In this document: in pieces, positions 9,006 through 18,595 of the stretch | Layout: each line of letters opens with the position of its first letter | How positions within the stretch are numbered: position 1 is the first letter of the stretch | Source: a virus | Taxonomy: Duplodnaviria > Caudoviricetes | Reading direction: 5' to 3' (one strand) | DNA length: 64,000 bases | IMG/VR virus record: IMGVR_UViG_3300042139_000023 | Translations under genes and position numbers: made by a program | The notes under the pieces: generated by a model | The model's input: only the letters and a program-made list of their open reading frames with translations | Told to the model about the DNA's origin: nothing | Database searches by the model: none

Positions 9006-9359
9006 ATGCCGGTGAGCTACGCCTTCAAGAAGGACGACGGGACCGACCAGGACCCGGCCACCGACCTGAGTCCGGCACAGCAGGCGTTCCTGGCCCTGAG
9101 CGAGATGGGGATCGGGATCCCCCGGCTGGACCGCAGCACCCTGGACGAATTCGTACGCCGCGCCGACCTGTTGCAGGCGTACGTCGGCATCGTGTGGCGC
9201 AACGGTGACGGGACGCCCCGGATCTTCACCCGAGCCGACTTCGTCGAGCTGCTGCCCGGTGCCCGTACCAACTGGACGGCCCGTAGCAAGCGGGACTTCG
9301 ACCAGGCCATGAAGAAGGAGATCGACGCGTACTGGAGCAGCGTCGACAGCCGGAAGTGA
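9006..9359 (+). CDS. hypothetical protein, paralog of 17815..18150
   Basis: Shared DEFVRRADL motif. Confidence 0.75.
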   Translation: MPVSYAFKKDDGTDQDPATDLSPAQQAFLALSEMGIGIPRLDRSTLDEFVRRADLLQAYVGIVWRNGDGTPRIFTRADFVELLPGARTNWTARSKRDFDQAMKKEIDAYWSSVDSRK

Positions 9360-9368
9360 GGGACGCCC

Positions 9369-9671
9369 ATGGTGGCGGACGAGAAGGGTGACGAGTACGA
9401 GGAGACGGCGATCGGCTATGCCATCGGTGTCCTCACGTACATGCAGAACGGCGGGAAGCTGTCGAGCATCGAGGCGACCGCCTCGGAGATCGTCCGGCTG
9501 GCCGGTCGGGAGCTGGCACAGAAGATGCCCGGCCCGGAGAAGGCCCGGGTGCTGATGGAGTCGGTCGAGGAGATGCGGCTCCGGCACAACAACCTGAACG
9601 CCGACGCGGTGTTCGAGGACATGATGGCGCAGGCGAGGAATGCCGGGCGCCTTCGGAGTGAGGGGAAGTAG
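9369..9671 (+). CDS. hypothetical protein
   Basis: ORF track. Confidence 0.7.
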   Translation: MVADEKGDEYEETAIGYAIGVLTYMQNGGKLSSIEATASEIVRLAGRELAQKMPGPEKARVLMESVEEMRLRHNNLNADAVFEDMMAQARNAGRLRSEGK

Positions 9672-9674
9672 AAC

Positions 9675-10121
9675 GTGGACAGCTTCATCAACGTGGCCGC
9701 CGCCGTGGTGACGACGCACGAGAGCGGGATGTACCGGAAGGGCGCCAACGCCGCCGCCGATCACGTGGTCGAGGCGATCGGGAAGTACGGCAAGTGGGTG
9801 GTGCTCGCCGCCGCCGAGCTGCACGAGAACTGGCCCGACGCGTTCGAGAACATCCCGGCCGACAAGGTCATGGAGTTCCTGGAGGAGAACTACCTGCACG
9901 CCGGGGCCACCATCGCCCACGCGCTGGAGACCTACGCCAAGGACGCCGGGGACCACACCGAGCTGGGCCGCCTGTACAACGCGCTCGACAAGGCGGGCGG
10001 CGTGGACCGGTTCGACTGGGGCTCGTACGCCGACGACGGCATGACCCCGACGATCGGCCTGCACTTCGTGCAGATGCCCACTCCGGCCGATGAGAACTCC
10101 GTCTTCATCTTCGGGAGCTGA
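9675..10121 (+). CDS. possible ArdA-like antirestriction protein
   Basis: FLEENYLHAG..RFDWGSYADD..VFIF resembles the ArdA C-terminal YFDYEAYARD..GHVF pattern. Confidence 0.4.
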   Translation: MDSFINVAAAVVTTHESGMYRKGANAAADHVVEAIGKYGKWVVLAAAELHENWPDAFENIPADKVMEFLEENYLHAGATIAHALETYAKDAGDHTELGRLYNALDKAGGVDRFDWGSYADDGMTPTIGLHFVQMPTPADENSVFIFGS

Positions 10122-10124
10122 GCC

Positions 10125-10442
10125 GTGCCGTGGCAGTCCGACCGGGGCGCGGTCCGGGAAGCCCTCATCGAAGCGAAGAAGATCAACGGCGTCGACCTGG
10201 GTCCTGCGACGCTCACGGAACAGGCCGGGGCGAGTGACAGCAACACCTGGTTCTGCCTCACGGGAACGTGGCGCCTGTACGCCCGCTTCCTGGCATCCGT
10301 GGCGGCGATCGATCCGCAGACCTCGGACATTCTGGACTTCAACATGAACCCCCGGGAGGCCGGGGACGGGGTGATGCACTTCTTCTTCATGGGGTGCGAG
10401 CTGGTCGACATCAGAAAGGGGAACGGTGCGAGGAGCGAGTGA
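10125..10442 (+). CDS. hypothetical protein
   Basis: ORF track. Confidence 0.6.
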   Translation: MPWQSDRGAVREALIEAKKINGVDLGPATLTEQAGASDSNTWFCLTGTWRLYARFLASVAAIDPQTSDILDFNMNPREAGDGVMHFFFMGCELVDIRKGNGARSE

Positions 10443-10842
10443 CCTGCTCGACTGGTGGACGGTTCCGGGTGCCCGCTGGGGAGTCCGGAACATCGACTTC
10501 AAGATCGAGCTGAAGCGGGACGGGGTGGCCAGCCCGGTCCTGCTGGAGGGGTACAGCGAGGAAGACCTGGCCGCGTTCGACGGCGGGGACTGGCAGTTCG
10601 TCATCGTCCGGGTGGTGCCGGTGGACCGGGACCTGACGGACCTGGTCAGCGCCGAGCGGTTCATCCGGGGTGTGGACTGGGGCGACCTGCCCCAGGGCCG
10701 CATCGACCGGGAGGACGTGACCGACGCGCAGGCGAAGGAGCTGGCCATCGAGTCGGTCCGGGCGCTGCGCAGCTTCGGAGTCACCGTCGAGACGGAACGG
10801 GACAGCGAGTTCGCCATCCCGCGCATCACGGCACCGTTCTGA
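10426..10842 (+). CDS. hypothetical protein
   Basis: ORF track. Confidence 0.65.
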   Translation: MRGASDLLDWWTVPGARWGVRNIDFKIELKRDGVASPVLLEGYSEEDLAAFDGGDWQFVIVRVVPVDRDLTDLVSAERFIRGVDWGDLPQGRIDREDVTDAQAKELAIESVRALRSFGVTVETERDSEFAIPRITAPF

Positions 10843-10917
10843 ACGAGCCCTGCGGAGCCCTCGCTGAGGGCCCCGTGGAGTCCGGGTCAGCCGGTGGAAA
10901 CGGAAGGGAGAAGAGGG

Positions 10918-11139
10918 ATGTTCACACTGGTGCTGTGCTTCCCGAGGCAGGGGAAGCGCCCGCAGTCGCAGAACACGGTGACCGGGGGCCACGTGCCGCA
11001 GATCGGTTCGACGATCAACACGACCGGGATGCGCTCCGGCTGCTGGCGAGTAACCAGCGTCGGGCAGGACGCCAGCGAGGAGACCTTCAGCAGCACGGTC
11101 TACGTCTACCTGGCCGACACCTACGAGGAGAACGACTGA
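10918..11139 (+). CDS. hypothetical protein
   Basis: ATG after GGGAGAAGAGGG. Confidence 0.6.
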   Translation: MFTLVLCFPRQGKRPQSQNTVTGGHVPQIGSTINTTGMRSGCWRVTSVGQDASEETFSSTVYVYLADTYEEND

Positions 11140-11483
11140 TGGGCCACCACATCAAGGTCGAGCGGTACGGCCTGGACCACAAGCTGGAGAGCAGCGAGGA
11201 GTTCAACGCGCCCTCGTGGGAGGGCATCTGGCAGGCCGTCGAGGGCGAGATGGAGCGCACCGGCAAGACGCCGAGCGGGATGGAGGGCTGGGAAGAGGGC
11301 GGCTGTGTCCTGGACCCGGACCACGACTGCGACGCCGAGCCCAGCAAGTGCCAGGAGAACTTGAAGGAGGCGATCCGGGACTGGATCAAGTCGGCCTGGG
11401 AGCACAGCGAACTCCAGACCGGCAGCTTCCACTTCGGCGGCGCGGACTGGTCGTCGGTCACCTTCGGATGGGACGGGAAGTAG
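11139..11483 (+). CDS. hypothetical protein
   Basis: TGATG coupling. Confidence 0.65.
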   Translation: MGHHIKVERYGLDHKLESSEEFNAPSWEGIWQAVEGEMERTGKTPSGMEGWEEGGCVLDPDHDCDAEPSKCQENLKEAIRDWIKSAWEHSELQTGSFHFGGADWSSVTFGWDGK

Positions 11484-11486
11484 ATC

Positions 11487-11807
11487 ATGAGCAACGAGGA
11501 CAAGCTGCGCGTCAAGGAAACGCCGACCCGGGTGGAAGGCCAGCCCGTGATCAAGGGCAGCTTCCTGGGGTGGCAGCCGGACCTGGTCCTGGCGAAGACG
11601 CCGGGCTACTTCGCCTTCGTCGTCACGTACGACACGAGCCCCGAGCGCAACGGTGACCCGGACGCCTACAGCGTCCACCTGATGCGGGCCACCTCGCTCG
11701 ACGGCCGGTGGCTGCGCATCGACAGCCGCCGGAATCTGTTCTGGAGCGAGGCCGAGTCCGCGTTCAACGAGCACGACAAGCTGGCCATCCGGCCGGGGAG
11801 GATCTGA
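11487..11807 (+). CDS. hypothetical protein
   Basis: ORF track. Confidence 0.65.
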   Translation: MSNEDKLRVKETPTRVEGQPVIKGSFLGWQPDLVLAKTPGYFAFVVTYDTSPERNGDPDAYSVHLMRATSLDGRWLRIDSRRNLFWSEAESAFNEHDKLAIRPGRI

Positions 11808-11809
11808 AC

Positions 11810-12139
11810 ATGGCAGGCATCCGCATCGCCGAGCGTGACGGCACGAACGTCCTGCACCCGACGGTCTGGGTCGACCCGGACGAGGTGCCGGTCATCTTCG
11901 TGATCGTGAAGAGCGGGGCAATGGCGCTCGCTCACCCCGACTACATCGGCTCGACGCTGTACGACATCGAGCAGGGTGACCTCTCGATCGAGGAGGCGTG
12001 GGACTTCATCCAGGTGAAGACCCCGAAGATGCCGTTCCCGCAGCACTGCCACATCCGCAGGCTGACCGGGACCGGTGGCGGCGCCGAGATCGTCGTCAAG
12101 GGCCAGGTCGTGCACCGGATCGCGGGGGTGAACGAGTGA
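11810..12139 (+). CDS. hypothetical protein
   Basis: ATG in frame with 11708..12139. Confidence 0.65.
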   Translation: MAGIRIAERDGTNVLHPTVWVDPDEVPVIFVIVKSGAMALAHPDYIGSTLYDIEQGDLSIEEAWDFIQVKTPKMPFPQHCHIRRLTGTGGGAEIVVKGQVVHRIAGVNE

Positions 12140-12441
12140 GCCCCTTCGAGAGGCCCAAGGAGATCGGGGAGCGACCCGGGCCGGGCGAGCTGGACCTGAA
12201 GTGGACCTACCTCAACTGGACGAAGTCGTACTACTTCGACATGTGGCGGTCGGAGGGTCTGGACACCCTCAACTTCACGGACCCGCGCATGAACCCCCAG
12301 CCGCGCGAGCTGGAGGGCGGGTCGCTCGACATGATCCTCACCCGGCAGAGAATGGTCGAACTGCGGGACACGCTCACGTACCTGATCGACAACTGGGGCC
12401 AACCGTGGGCGCGCGAGTCCCACCCGGAGCAGCCGGAGTGA
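12136..12441 (+). CDS. hypothetical protein
   Basis: GTGA overlap. Confidence 0.65.
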   Translation: MSPFERPKEIGERPGPGELDLKWTYLNWTKSYYFDMWRSEGLDTLNFTDPRMNPQPRELEGGSLDMILTRQRMVELRDTLTYLIDNWGQPWARESHPEQPE

Positions 12442-12788
12442 GCGTCAAGATCAAGGACGCCATCGGACTGGGATGTGCGGTCGCCACGGTGGCCATCTGG
12501 GTCGCCGTGGCGTGCTCCGGAGGGGACGACGAGCCTCGCCTTCCTCCGGTGGGCGACACCTCGATCTCGGCTCCTGTCGAGACCGAGGTGGTGCGGGATC
12601 CTCTTCAGGACCAGTTCGACACCGCCTGGAGCGGGCTGGACGACGAGACCAGGGCTTCGTACTGCTGGGCCCTGGAGTCGATGACCCCGAGGGAGCTGGC
12701 CGAGTTCAGCGCCGAGCTGACCGGCCAGAACACGGACGACTGGGAAAAGGTCGCCGTCATGATCAACGAGAAGTGCTCGGGAGAGTGA
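12438..12788 (+). CDS. putative lipoprotein/membrane-anchored protein
   Basis: Basic N-terminus, hydrophobic stretch, AVAC then SGGDD linker. Confidence 0.55.
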   Translation: MSVKIKDAIGLGCAVATVAIWVAVACSGGDDEPRLPPVGDTSISAPVETEVVRDPLQDQFDTAWSGLDDETRASYCWALESMTPRELAEFSAELTGQNTDDWEKVAVMINEKCSGE

Positions 12789-12795
12789 GAAGAAG

Positions 12796-13131
12796 ATGGC
12801 CAAGCTGATCGAAATCCCCAACGTCACCTGCGGGAACGGCCTGCACATGCAGGCGCCCGTCCCGGAGCCGGTGTTCCACTTCACGCAGAACGACGGCTTC
12901 CACGGGATCATCTACCTGGACGCCGTGAAGGCGTGGGCGCGGGCCATGCGGGAGGACGGGGTGCCCCTGCGGGAGATGGCCCACGACCTCTACGTCCTGC
13001 TGCCGGGCAGCCGGGAGCTGATCCGCTGCACGCTGGTCGTGGCGGACGGCGAGGACGGGCCGGAGATGGAGGTCGAGGCCCTGCGCCCGACGGTCCTGGA
13101 GTCCAACACCCTGTTCACCTGCCCCATCTGA
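12796..13131 (+). CDS. hypothetical protein
   Basis: ORF with RBS. Confidence 0.7.
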   Translation: MAKLIEIPNVTCGNGLHMQAPVPEPVFHFTQNDGFHGIIYLDAVKAWARAMREDGVPLREMAHDLYVLLPGSRELIRCTLVVADGEDGPEMEVEALRPTVLESNTLFTCPI

Positions 13132-13206
13132 GCCGGTCGACTTCCGGGGAGCACGGGCTGCGGCCCGTGCCCCTCGGTGGACCATCGGAACGGAGAGTGA
13201 GAAGAG

Positions 13207-13524
13207 ATGCGGTATCGAGTGTGGACCTTCCAGGACGGCCAGCCGCCGTCCCTTCCCCGCCAGGAGGGCGGCCGACCGGCGTTTCCGGGCAGCTACCCGA
13301 ATGCGCAAGGGACGGCTGGCCGGGCTTCGCAGTCCGAGGAGGTCGACGGCCTGACGCAGGCGGTCGACCGGATCATGAGTCTGATGCGCAGCAACAGCCT
13401 GAACGACGAGGCCGAGGAGACGATCGTCCGGGGCCGGGCCACCGAGGCTCTGCGGGACCGGGGTGCCTATCGTACGGCGCTTCCGGCGCGGGGCCGCTGG
13501 GTTCTGGCCGAGAAGATCAAGTAG
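13207..13524 (+). CDS. hypothetical protein
   Basis: ORF with RBS. Confidence 0.65.
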   Translation: MRYRVWTFQDGQPPSLPRQEGGRPAFPGSYPNAQGTAGRASQSEEVDGLTQAVDRIMSLMRSNSLNDEAEETIVRGRATEALRDRGAYRTALPARGRWVLAEKIK

Positions 13525-13542
13525 GAGAGGGAGAGGAAGCAC

Positions 13543-14028
13543 ATGCGATACGGGCTGACGGTAAACAAGGGCCGCGTGATGGCGGCCGACCGGGCGGAAA
13601 CGAAGTCGATGATCATCGGCGTGCTGCTGGCCGCCGGGTTCAGCGAGCCGGTCTCCGTGCAGGCGAAGGCTGACGAGGTGCTGGACCGGGCCGACAAGCT
13701 GCCCTCGGACGAGGTGCAGGGCGTCAAGCTGAACGCCCTGGGTGAGCTGCTGGTCTGGCGGGAGCGGGGCCGTGAGGTCCCGGGCCGGGCCTATCACGTG
13801 AAGACCGGGGACCTCGGGCCGTCCTTCCGGGCCACCAGTGAGGCACCCCTGGTGGCCTACCTGATGGGCATCCTGGTCGGCAGCGAGGGCATCGGCCTGG
13901 AGCGGGCGGGAGCGCTCGCCGAGGGTGTGGCGCACTGCCTCTCGGAGGGCGGCAGCTACCCGGACCGGATCATCACGGAGCTGAAGGACGGCTCCGACCT
14001 GCTCGCCTGGTGGGAGGACGAAGCGTGA
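13543..14028 (+). CDS. hypothetical protein
   Basis: ORF with RBS. Confidence 0.7.
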   Translation: MRYGLTVNKGRVMAADRAETKSMIIGVLLAAGFSEPVSVQAKADEVLDRADKLPSDEVQGVKLNALGELLVWRERGREVPGRAYHVKTGDLGPSFRATSEAPLVAYLMGILVGSEGIGLERAGALAEGVAHCLSEGGSYPDRIITELKDGSDLLAWWEDEA

Positions 14029-14384
14029 CGCACAACTGGAGCTGGACCCTTCGGGTCAAGCAGGGCGACCCGGGATACCGGGTGCACAGCATCGAGGCCC
14101 TGATGGCGGCCGTGGCTGGTGCCCTGATGGCGGAGGGCACCGACTCCCGGATGGCCGACACGTTCGCGCGGTCGGTCCGGGAGCGGGCGCTGGAGCAGTG
14201 CGAGCGGCGCCGCATGAACCACTCGACGCCGCCTCTGGAGTACCAGCAGATCCTCACCGTCACGAAGGTGCTCCACATCGTCTCGGACGACCTCCCGGAG
14301 GATCCGGACCGGTACTGCGAGGGCCGGACCGAGTCCGGCAGCCGCTGCCCGAAGCACCTCAACCACCTCGGGGAGTGTCGGTGA
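14025..14384 (+). CDS. hypothetical protein, C-terminal C/H cluster
   Basis: GTGA overlap. Confidence 0.65.
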   Translation: MTHNWSWTLRVKQGDPGYRVHSIEALMAAVAGALMAEGTDSRMADTFARSVRERALEQCERRRMNHSTPPLEYQQILTVTKVLHIVSDDLPEDPDRYCEGRTESGSRCPKHLNHLGECR

Positions 14385-14414
14385 GCCGATCCGGCCGCAC
14401 CTGGCCGGATACTG

Positions 14415-14462
14415 GGGGCCCGCTTGACGGCGGGCCCCTTCGCTGTACGATGGCCTAGGTCA
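14415..14462 (+). promoter_or_regulatory. sigma70-type promoter TTGACG-16-TACGAT plus operator TGGCCTAGGTCA; -35 in loop of 9-bp hairpin
   Basis: Direct reading. Confidence 0.7.
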
Positions 14463-14477
14463 AGGAAAGGGAGAAGC

Positions 14478-14954
14478 GTGAAGGCCAGTGAATTCCCGGA
14501 TGCGCTCCGGGAGTTGAAGATCGAAGGCGCCACCGTGGGACCCGTGGTGAACAAGGACGGCGAGCCTGCCCCGGCAGGGTCCGGTGTGCAGCACGGCTTC
14601 CTGGTGACGGGCCAGCACGGCGCCCGCATCGCCTTCCAGGTGGCCACCCAGGAGGACGGCCTGCTGGCAGGTACGGGACCTTCGGTCGCCTACCCGTCCG
14701 CTGTCCCCATCGCTCCGGACCGGCTCGTCTGCGCCGAAGTCGAAGCGTCCATCGCCCACTGGATCGGCAAGAACCTGGGCGAACACATCAGCGAGATGGT
14801 CAGGTACAGCGAGACCCGGGACAAGGGCATCCGTTACGGCCTGCGCATCGACCTGTACAGCGGGGGCCGGGTATTCATCCAGGCCCTGTGGATCCTGGAG
14901 CCCGGAGAAGAGCCGAACCGGGACAACAAGTACCGCATGCGCGAAGCGGTCTGA
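14478..14954 (+). CDS. hypothetical protein
   Basis: GTG after RBS. Confidence 0.7.
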   Translation: MKASEFPDALRELKIEGATVGPVVNKDGEPAPAGSGVQHGFLVTGQHGARIAFQVATQEDGLLAGTGPSVAYPSAVPIAPDRLVCAEVEASIAHWIGKNLGEHISEMVRYSETRDKGIRYGLRIDLYSGGRVFIQALWILEPGEEPNRDNKYRMREAV

Positions 14955-14969
14955 AGAAGGAGAAGACGG

Positions 14970-15347
14970 GTGGCACGAGACGTCACGGTCCACATCGGGA
15001 CCAGCGAGAACGGCGCCGGAGTGAAGCGACCGGCAGCCTGGGTGGAAACGGCCCTGCTGCTGGAGCCCGAGCCCCACGACCTGATGAACGGGGTCGGGAG
15101 CCGGTTCCTGCGGCACGAGATCAGCGAGGACGACGAGCTGGTGGGCGACCGCCCGAAGGATCTGCCGGAGTCCATGACGCAGCGGGAGATCCTGAAGACC
15201 TACCGGGACGAGCTGCGCCACTACGGCGAAGAGGTCATGGGCATGTGGGGCAACGAGATGGGGACCGCCCGCCGTGCCGCCTGCGAGAAGTGGATCTACG
15301 AGGTCGTCCTGGCCGCCTTCCCCGCGATGAAGGGGTACGAGCTGTGA
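14970..15347 (+). CDS. hypothetical protein
   Basis: ORF with RBS. Confidence 0.7.
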   Translation: MARDVTVHIGTSENGAGVKRPAAWVETALLLEPEPHDLMNGVGSRFLRHEISEDDELVGDRPKDLPESMTQREILKTYRDELRHYGEEVMGMWGNEMGTARRAACEKWIYEVVLAAFPAMKGYEL

Positions 15348-15703
15348 GCGCCCCGTCCGCAGCGGCCGTGAGCCGCTTTCTGGGAGAGCGGTTCAACCGG
15401 TCCGAGCGCACCCACCGGGGACCGACTGGGATCACTGCCGGGTTCACGGTCAAGCGCGGGCTCGGTCACGGCCTGCGTGAAGTGGACTGGGTGGTCGTCG
15501 AGTTCGAGCCCGGCTACCACACGGTGGCCCGGTATGGCTTCGGGCGGGACGCCGAGGCCCTGCTGAAGTACACGCAGCGGGTGCTCGGCGACTACGAGCG
15601 GAACCTGAAGACCAGGTACAACGTCGCCCGCAACGACGAGGACGGCGAGGACCAGTGGAACTGCCTGCTGGTGCGGACGAAGACGGAACAGGAGAAGGGC
15701 TGA
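15344..15703 (+). CDS. hypothetical protein
   Basis: GTGA overlap. Confidence 0.65.
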   Translation: MSAPSAAAVSRFLGERFNRSERTHRGPTGITAGFTVKRGLGHGLREVDWVVVEFEPGYHTVARYGFGRDAEALLKYTQRVLGDYERNLKTRYNVARNDEDGEDQWNCLLVRTKTEQEKG

Positions 15704-16011
15704 TGACACAGACCCACATCGGCCGACTGGCCACCGAGTTGAAGCAGGCCGCCGCCACGCTGGAGCAGTTCGAGGACTTCCGCTCCCCCGTCAACCAGGA
15801 GGTCATCTCGGCCGTCTGGTGGGCCGCCAACAACTACTCGGACCGGATCGTCCGGGTCGCGGTCCGCGAGGAGCACGGCACCTTCTACCGGGGCCGGATC
15901 ACCGAGGTCGGCACCAAGGGAGGCTGGGAGGTGCTGGCCGACGACGGCGAGCTGGTCCCCAACGTGACGGCCGACATGTTCGTCTCCGTCATGCTGGTGC
16001 AGCAGCCGTGA
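15703..16011 (+). CDS. hypothetical protein
   Basis: TGATG coupling. Confidence 0.65.
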   Translation: MTQTHIGRLATELKQAAATLEQFEDFRSPVNQEVISAVWWAANNYSDRIVRVAVREEHGTFYRGRITEVGTKGGWEVLADDGELVPNVTADMFVSVMLVQQP

Positions 16012-16150
16012 ACGACGAGAGGATGCCCGAAAGGGATCCCACCGACCGCAGCAAACCGCCGAGGAGGCGCGTGATGGGCAACAGCGACGAAACCAAGCAC
16101 ACCCGCCCGCTGGAGAAGCGCAAGGACGGATCCAAGCCGCACCCGCAGTC

Positions 16151-16378
16151 GTGAACTCCGCCGACAAGGCGAAGGAGTTCGATGCGCTGTGGCGAGGATC
16201 CATCGCCCGAGCTGGGCGAAGACCGGACTGGAACGACCTGAGCCTGATCGAGCAGCAGGCGATGTCGTCGACCTTCCGGGCGGAGATGGACCGGTACGGG
16301 GACGAAGATCCCACCGCCGCGAACCGGACGGGGACCGGGCTGTACGCCTCGCCGACGAGTTCGAGGCATCCTGGCTGA
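16151..16378 (+). CDS. hypothetical protein
   Basis: ORF track. Confidence 0.55.
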   Translation: MNSADKAKEFDALWRGSIARAGRRPDWNDLSLIEQQAMSSTFRAEMDRYGDEDPTAANRTGTGLYASPTSSRHPG

Positions 16379-16441
16379 CCTCCTGGCTGAACGCCGGGAG
16401 CCGCACGACCACCACTTCGGGCCGCCTGGCGGCCCGCTGGG

Positions 16442-17032
16442 GTGATGACTATCGCAACGCACGAGACCGGGAACAAGGAGAAGATCACGATGGGTGCACG
16501 CATCATCACTCCGCTCAAGGGAGTGCGGAAGACCTCGGCGTGGCCGTACACGGAGATGCCGGAGAGCAAGAAGCCGCGCGTCCGTAAGGACGGCTGGGTC
16601 CTGGCGATGTCGATCGAGCCCGAGCTGAGCGGTCTGGTCACCTTCTACCCGGCCGGGACCGACTTCCCGGTCCCGATGGAGGACCGCACCAGCAAGCGCC
16701 AGATCCTGCACATCGACAACGGCTCGATCTGGGGCAAGAAGATCACCACCCGCCCCTTCTACCAGGTCGACACCAAGGAGCAGTGCGAGCGGTTCGCAAC
16801 CACGTTCTGCTCGCTCGGCTACACCACGAACGAGAAGCTGCTTCCGCACCAGGGCGGCGCCTTCTGGGGATTCAACTGGTCCTCGCTCACGGTCGCCACG
16901 GTGCACATCGCCTCGCAGGTCGCCGACCACTACTTCAACGACCGGTACGACGAGGCGTGGACCGTCGGCAAGGCGTTCGGCGACCAGATCCACGCCGCCG
17001 AGAACGCTTACTGGGAAGCCCAGGGGAAGTGA
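16442..17032 (+). CDS. hypothetical protein
   Basis: ORF track; start uncertain. Confidence 0.7.
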   Translation: MMTIATHETGNKEKITMGARIITPLKGVRKTSAWPYTEMPESKKPRVRKDGWVLAMSIEPELSGLVTFYPAGTDFPVPMEDRTSKRQILHIDNGSIWGKKITTRPFYQVDTKEQCERFATTFCSLGYTTNEKLLPHQGGAFWGFNWSSLTVATVHIASQVADHYFNDRYDEAWTVGKAFGDQIHAAENAYWEAQGK

Positions 17033-17352
17033 GCACCGAACGGAGCGCCGTCACACTGGACGGCGGAACGGTGATCGGCGAGATGGAGCCCTGGGACTCC
17101 GACCCCGCCCTCTTCGGCGGATGGCTGGCCGAAGGCTCGGGGGTCTCCTCGCTCGTGGCCGAAGGGATGGATCACGACCGCACGAAGCTGGAGATCGTCC
17201 GGCTGTTCCTGGTGCGCGAGATCAAGGTTCAGGAAAGGGCCGACCAGTCCAGTTCCGAGGGCGTGGAGCGCAACCGGCTGATCCAGGAGGGCTTCCGCAT
17301 GCAGAAGGCCCTCACGTCCAAGATCCTCCGAGAGCAAGGGGAGGTGGCTTGA
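17029..17352 (+). CDS. hypothetical protein
   Basis: GTGA overlap. Confidence 0.65.
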   Translation: MSTERSAVTLDGGTVIGEMEPWDSDPALFGGWLAEGSGVSSLVAEGMDHDRTKLEIVRLFLVREIKVQERADQSSSEGVERNRLIQEGFRMQKALTSKILREQGEVA

Positions 17353-17732
17353 TGATGGTCGGCGACCCCGGGACGGTGCAGCTCCCGTCATCGGGGGTGA
17401 ACGTCGGCCGGGTCGAACAGTGGGACGGTGACTCGACCACCTGGGACGGCTGGGCCGACATCCCCGGTGCGGCAACCGAGGAACTGGTCTGCAACGGCGG
17501 CAGCCGCAACTGGTGCATCTACATGGTGGTCAAGCGCTACCAGAAGCACCTGATCGACGAGCTGGCCGGGGCCACGTACTGGAGCGAGAACCCGCAGAAC
17601 GACCGGGACTTCACGGAGAAGGCCCGGATGATCAGCGAGTGCTTCGACGTGATGCGCAACGCGCTGCACGAGCACTACCAGGAGATCCGCAGGGAGCAGG
17701 CTCGGGTTCGCCGGGAACTGCATCGGAGCTGA
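17352..17732 (+). CDS. hypothetical protein
   Basis: TGATG coupling. Confidence 0.65.
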   Translation: MMVGDPGTVQLPSSGVNVGRVEQWDGDSTTWDGWADIPGAATEELVCNGGSRNWCIYMVVKRYQKHLIDELAGATYWSENPQNDRDFTEKARMISECFDVMRNALHEHYQEIRREQARVRRELHRS

Positions 17733-17814
17733 ACGGCTTCGGCTCGGCGGTGCACGGGCTCTGGTCCGTGCACCTGCCGTACTGCCGCCGGGCAGGACAT
17801 CGGAAGGGGAAGAG

Positions 17815-18150
17815 ATGCGAGCGTACTTCGAGACGGCCAGCGGCGAGACGGTTCCGCTGCCGGACCCGATGAGCCCCGAGCAGTCGGCCATCGTGTACCT
17901 CACGGGAGGGACCGGCATCCGCCGGATCGACAACGAGACGATCGACGAGTTCGTGCGCCGGGCCGACCTGTACGACACGTACATCGGCGGGATCGACCTG
18001 CGGGACATCGAGACCGGCAAGAGGGTTCCGATCACCCGGCAGATCATCACCGAGGCGATGGCCGGTCACCCGGCGCTCTGGACGAACGCCGGGCTCGTCA
18101 CGCCCGAGGCGTTCGACCGCATGATCCGCGTCGCCAAGTCGGCGCTGTAG
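17815..18150 (+). CDS. hypothetical protein, paralog of 9006..9359
   Basis: DEFVRRADL motif. Confidence 0.75.
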   Translation: MRAYFETASGETVPLPDPMSPEQSAIVYLTGGTGIRRIDNETIDEFVRRADLYDTYIGGIDLRDIETGKRVPITRQIITEAMAGHPALWTNAGLVTPEAFDRMIRVAKSAL

Positions 18151-18169
18151 ACCGGAGAGGAGAAGAACG

Positions 18170-18595
18170 ATGGGTGAGCCCGTGAACAAGGACGGCTGGG
18201 GCCAGGTGACGATCTTGTCACCGGGGGCGTTCGCCGATCCCCGCGAGATGAACGCGGTGATCCGTGAGCTGTTCTGCCACGACAGCGTTCTGGAGTACCA
18301 GCGCAGGGTCGCCGAGGCGGCCATGAGGGAGGCCGTGGCGGGCTGGCGCAGGGCGATGGCCAAGAAGGGCCTGAGTGCCGACAGTGACGCCGGTAAGGCG
18401 ATCCTGGAGGCCGTCAACTCGGTGCTGGACAGCTTCGACCCGGAGAGCGATGAGTGGGATGGCTTCTTCCCGCCGGTCATGCTCTGCACCGAGCACGACA
18501 GCCCCGTCAAGCCGAAGCACGGCAAGGGCATCGTCTTTACGGCCTGCCCCGGCGTCCCGTGGTGCCGGGCGCACGAGGGGGTGCGGGTCCAGTGA
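18170..18595 (+). CDS. hypothetical protein
   Basis: ORF with RBS. Confidence 0.7.
   Translation: MGEPVNKDGWGQVTILSPGAFADPREMNAVIRELFCHDSVLEYQRRVAEAAMREAVAGWRRAMAKKGLSADSDAGKAILEAVNSVLDSFDPESDEWDGFFPPVMLCTEHDSPVKPKHGKGIVFTACPGVPWCRAHEGVRVQ

Noticed and set aside
8232-10829. Very long antisense ORFs (also 5118..6800, 29486..31381, 45306..47384, 56818..58344 and others)
   Set aside because: Shadow ORFs caused by high GC3 bias opposite well-punctuated genes; Arg/Pro/Gly-rich, with no RBS or motifs
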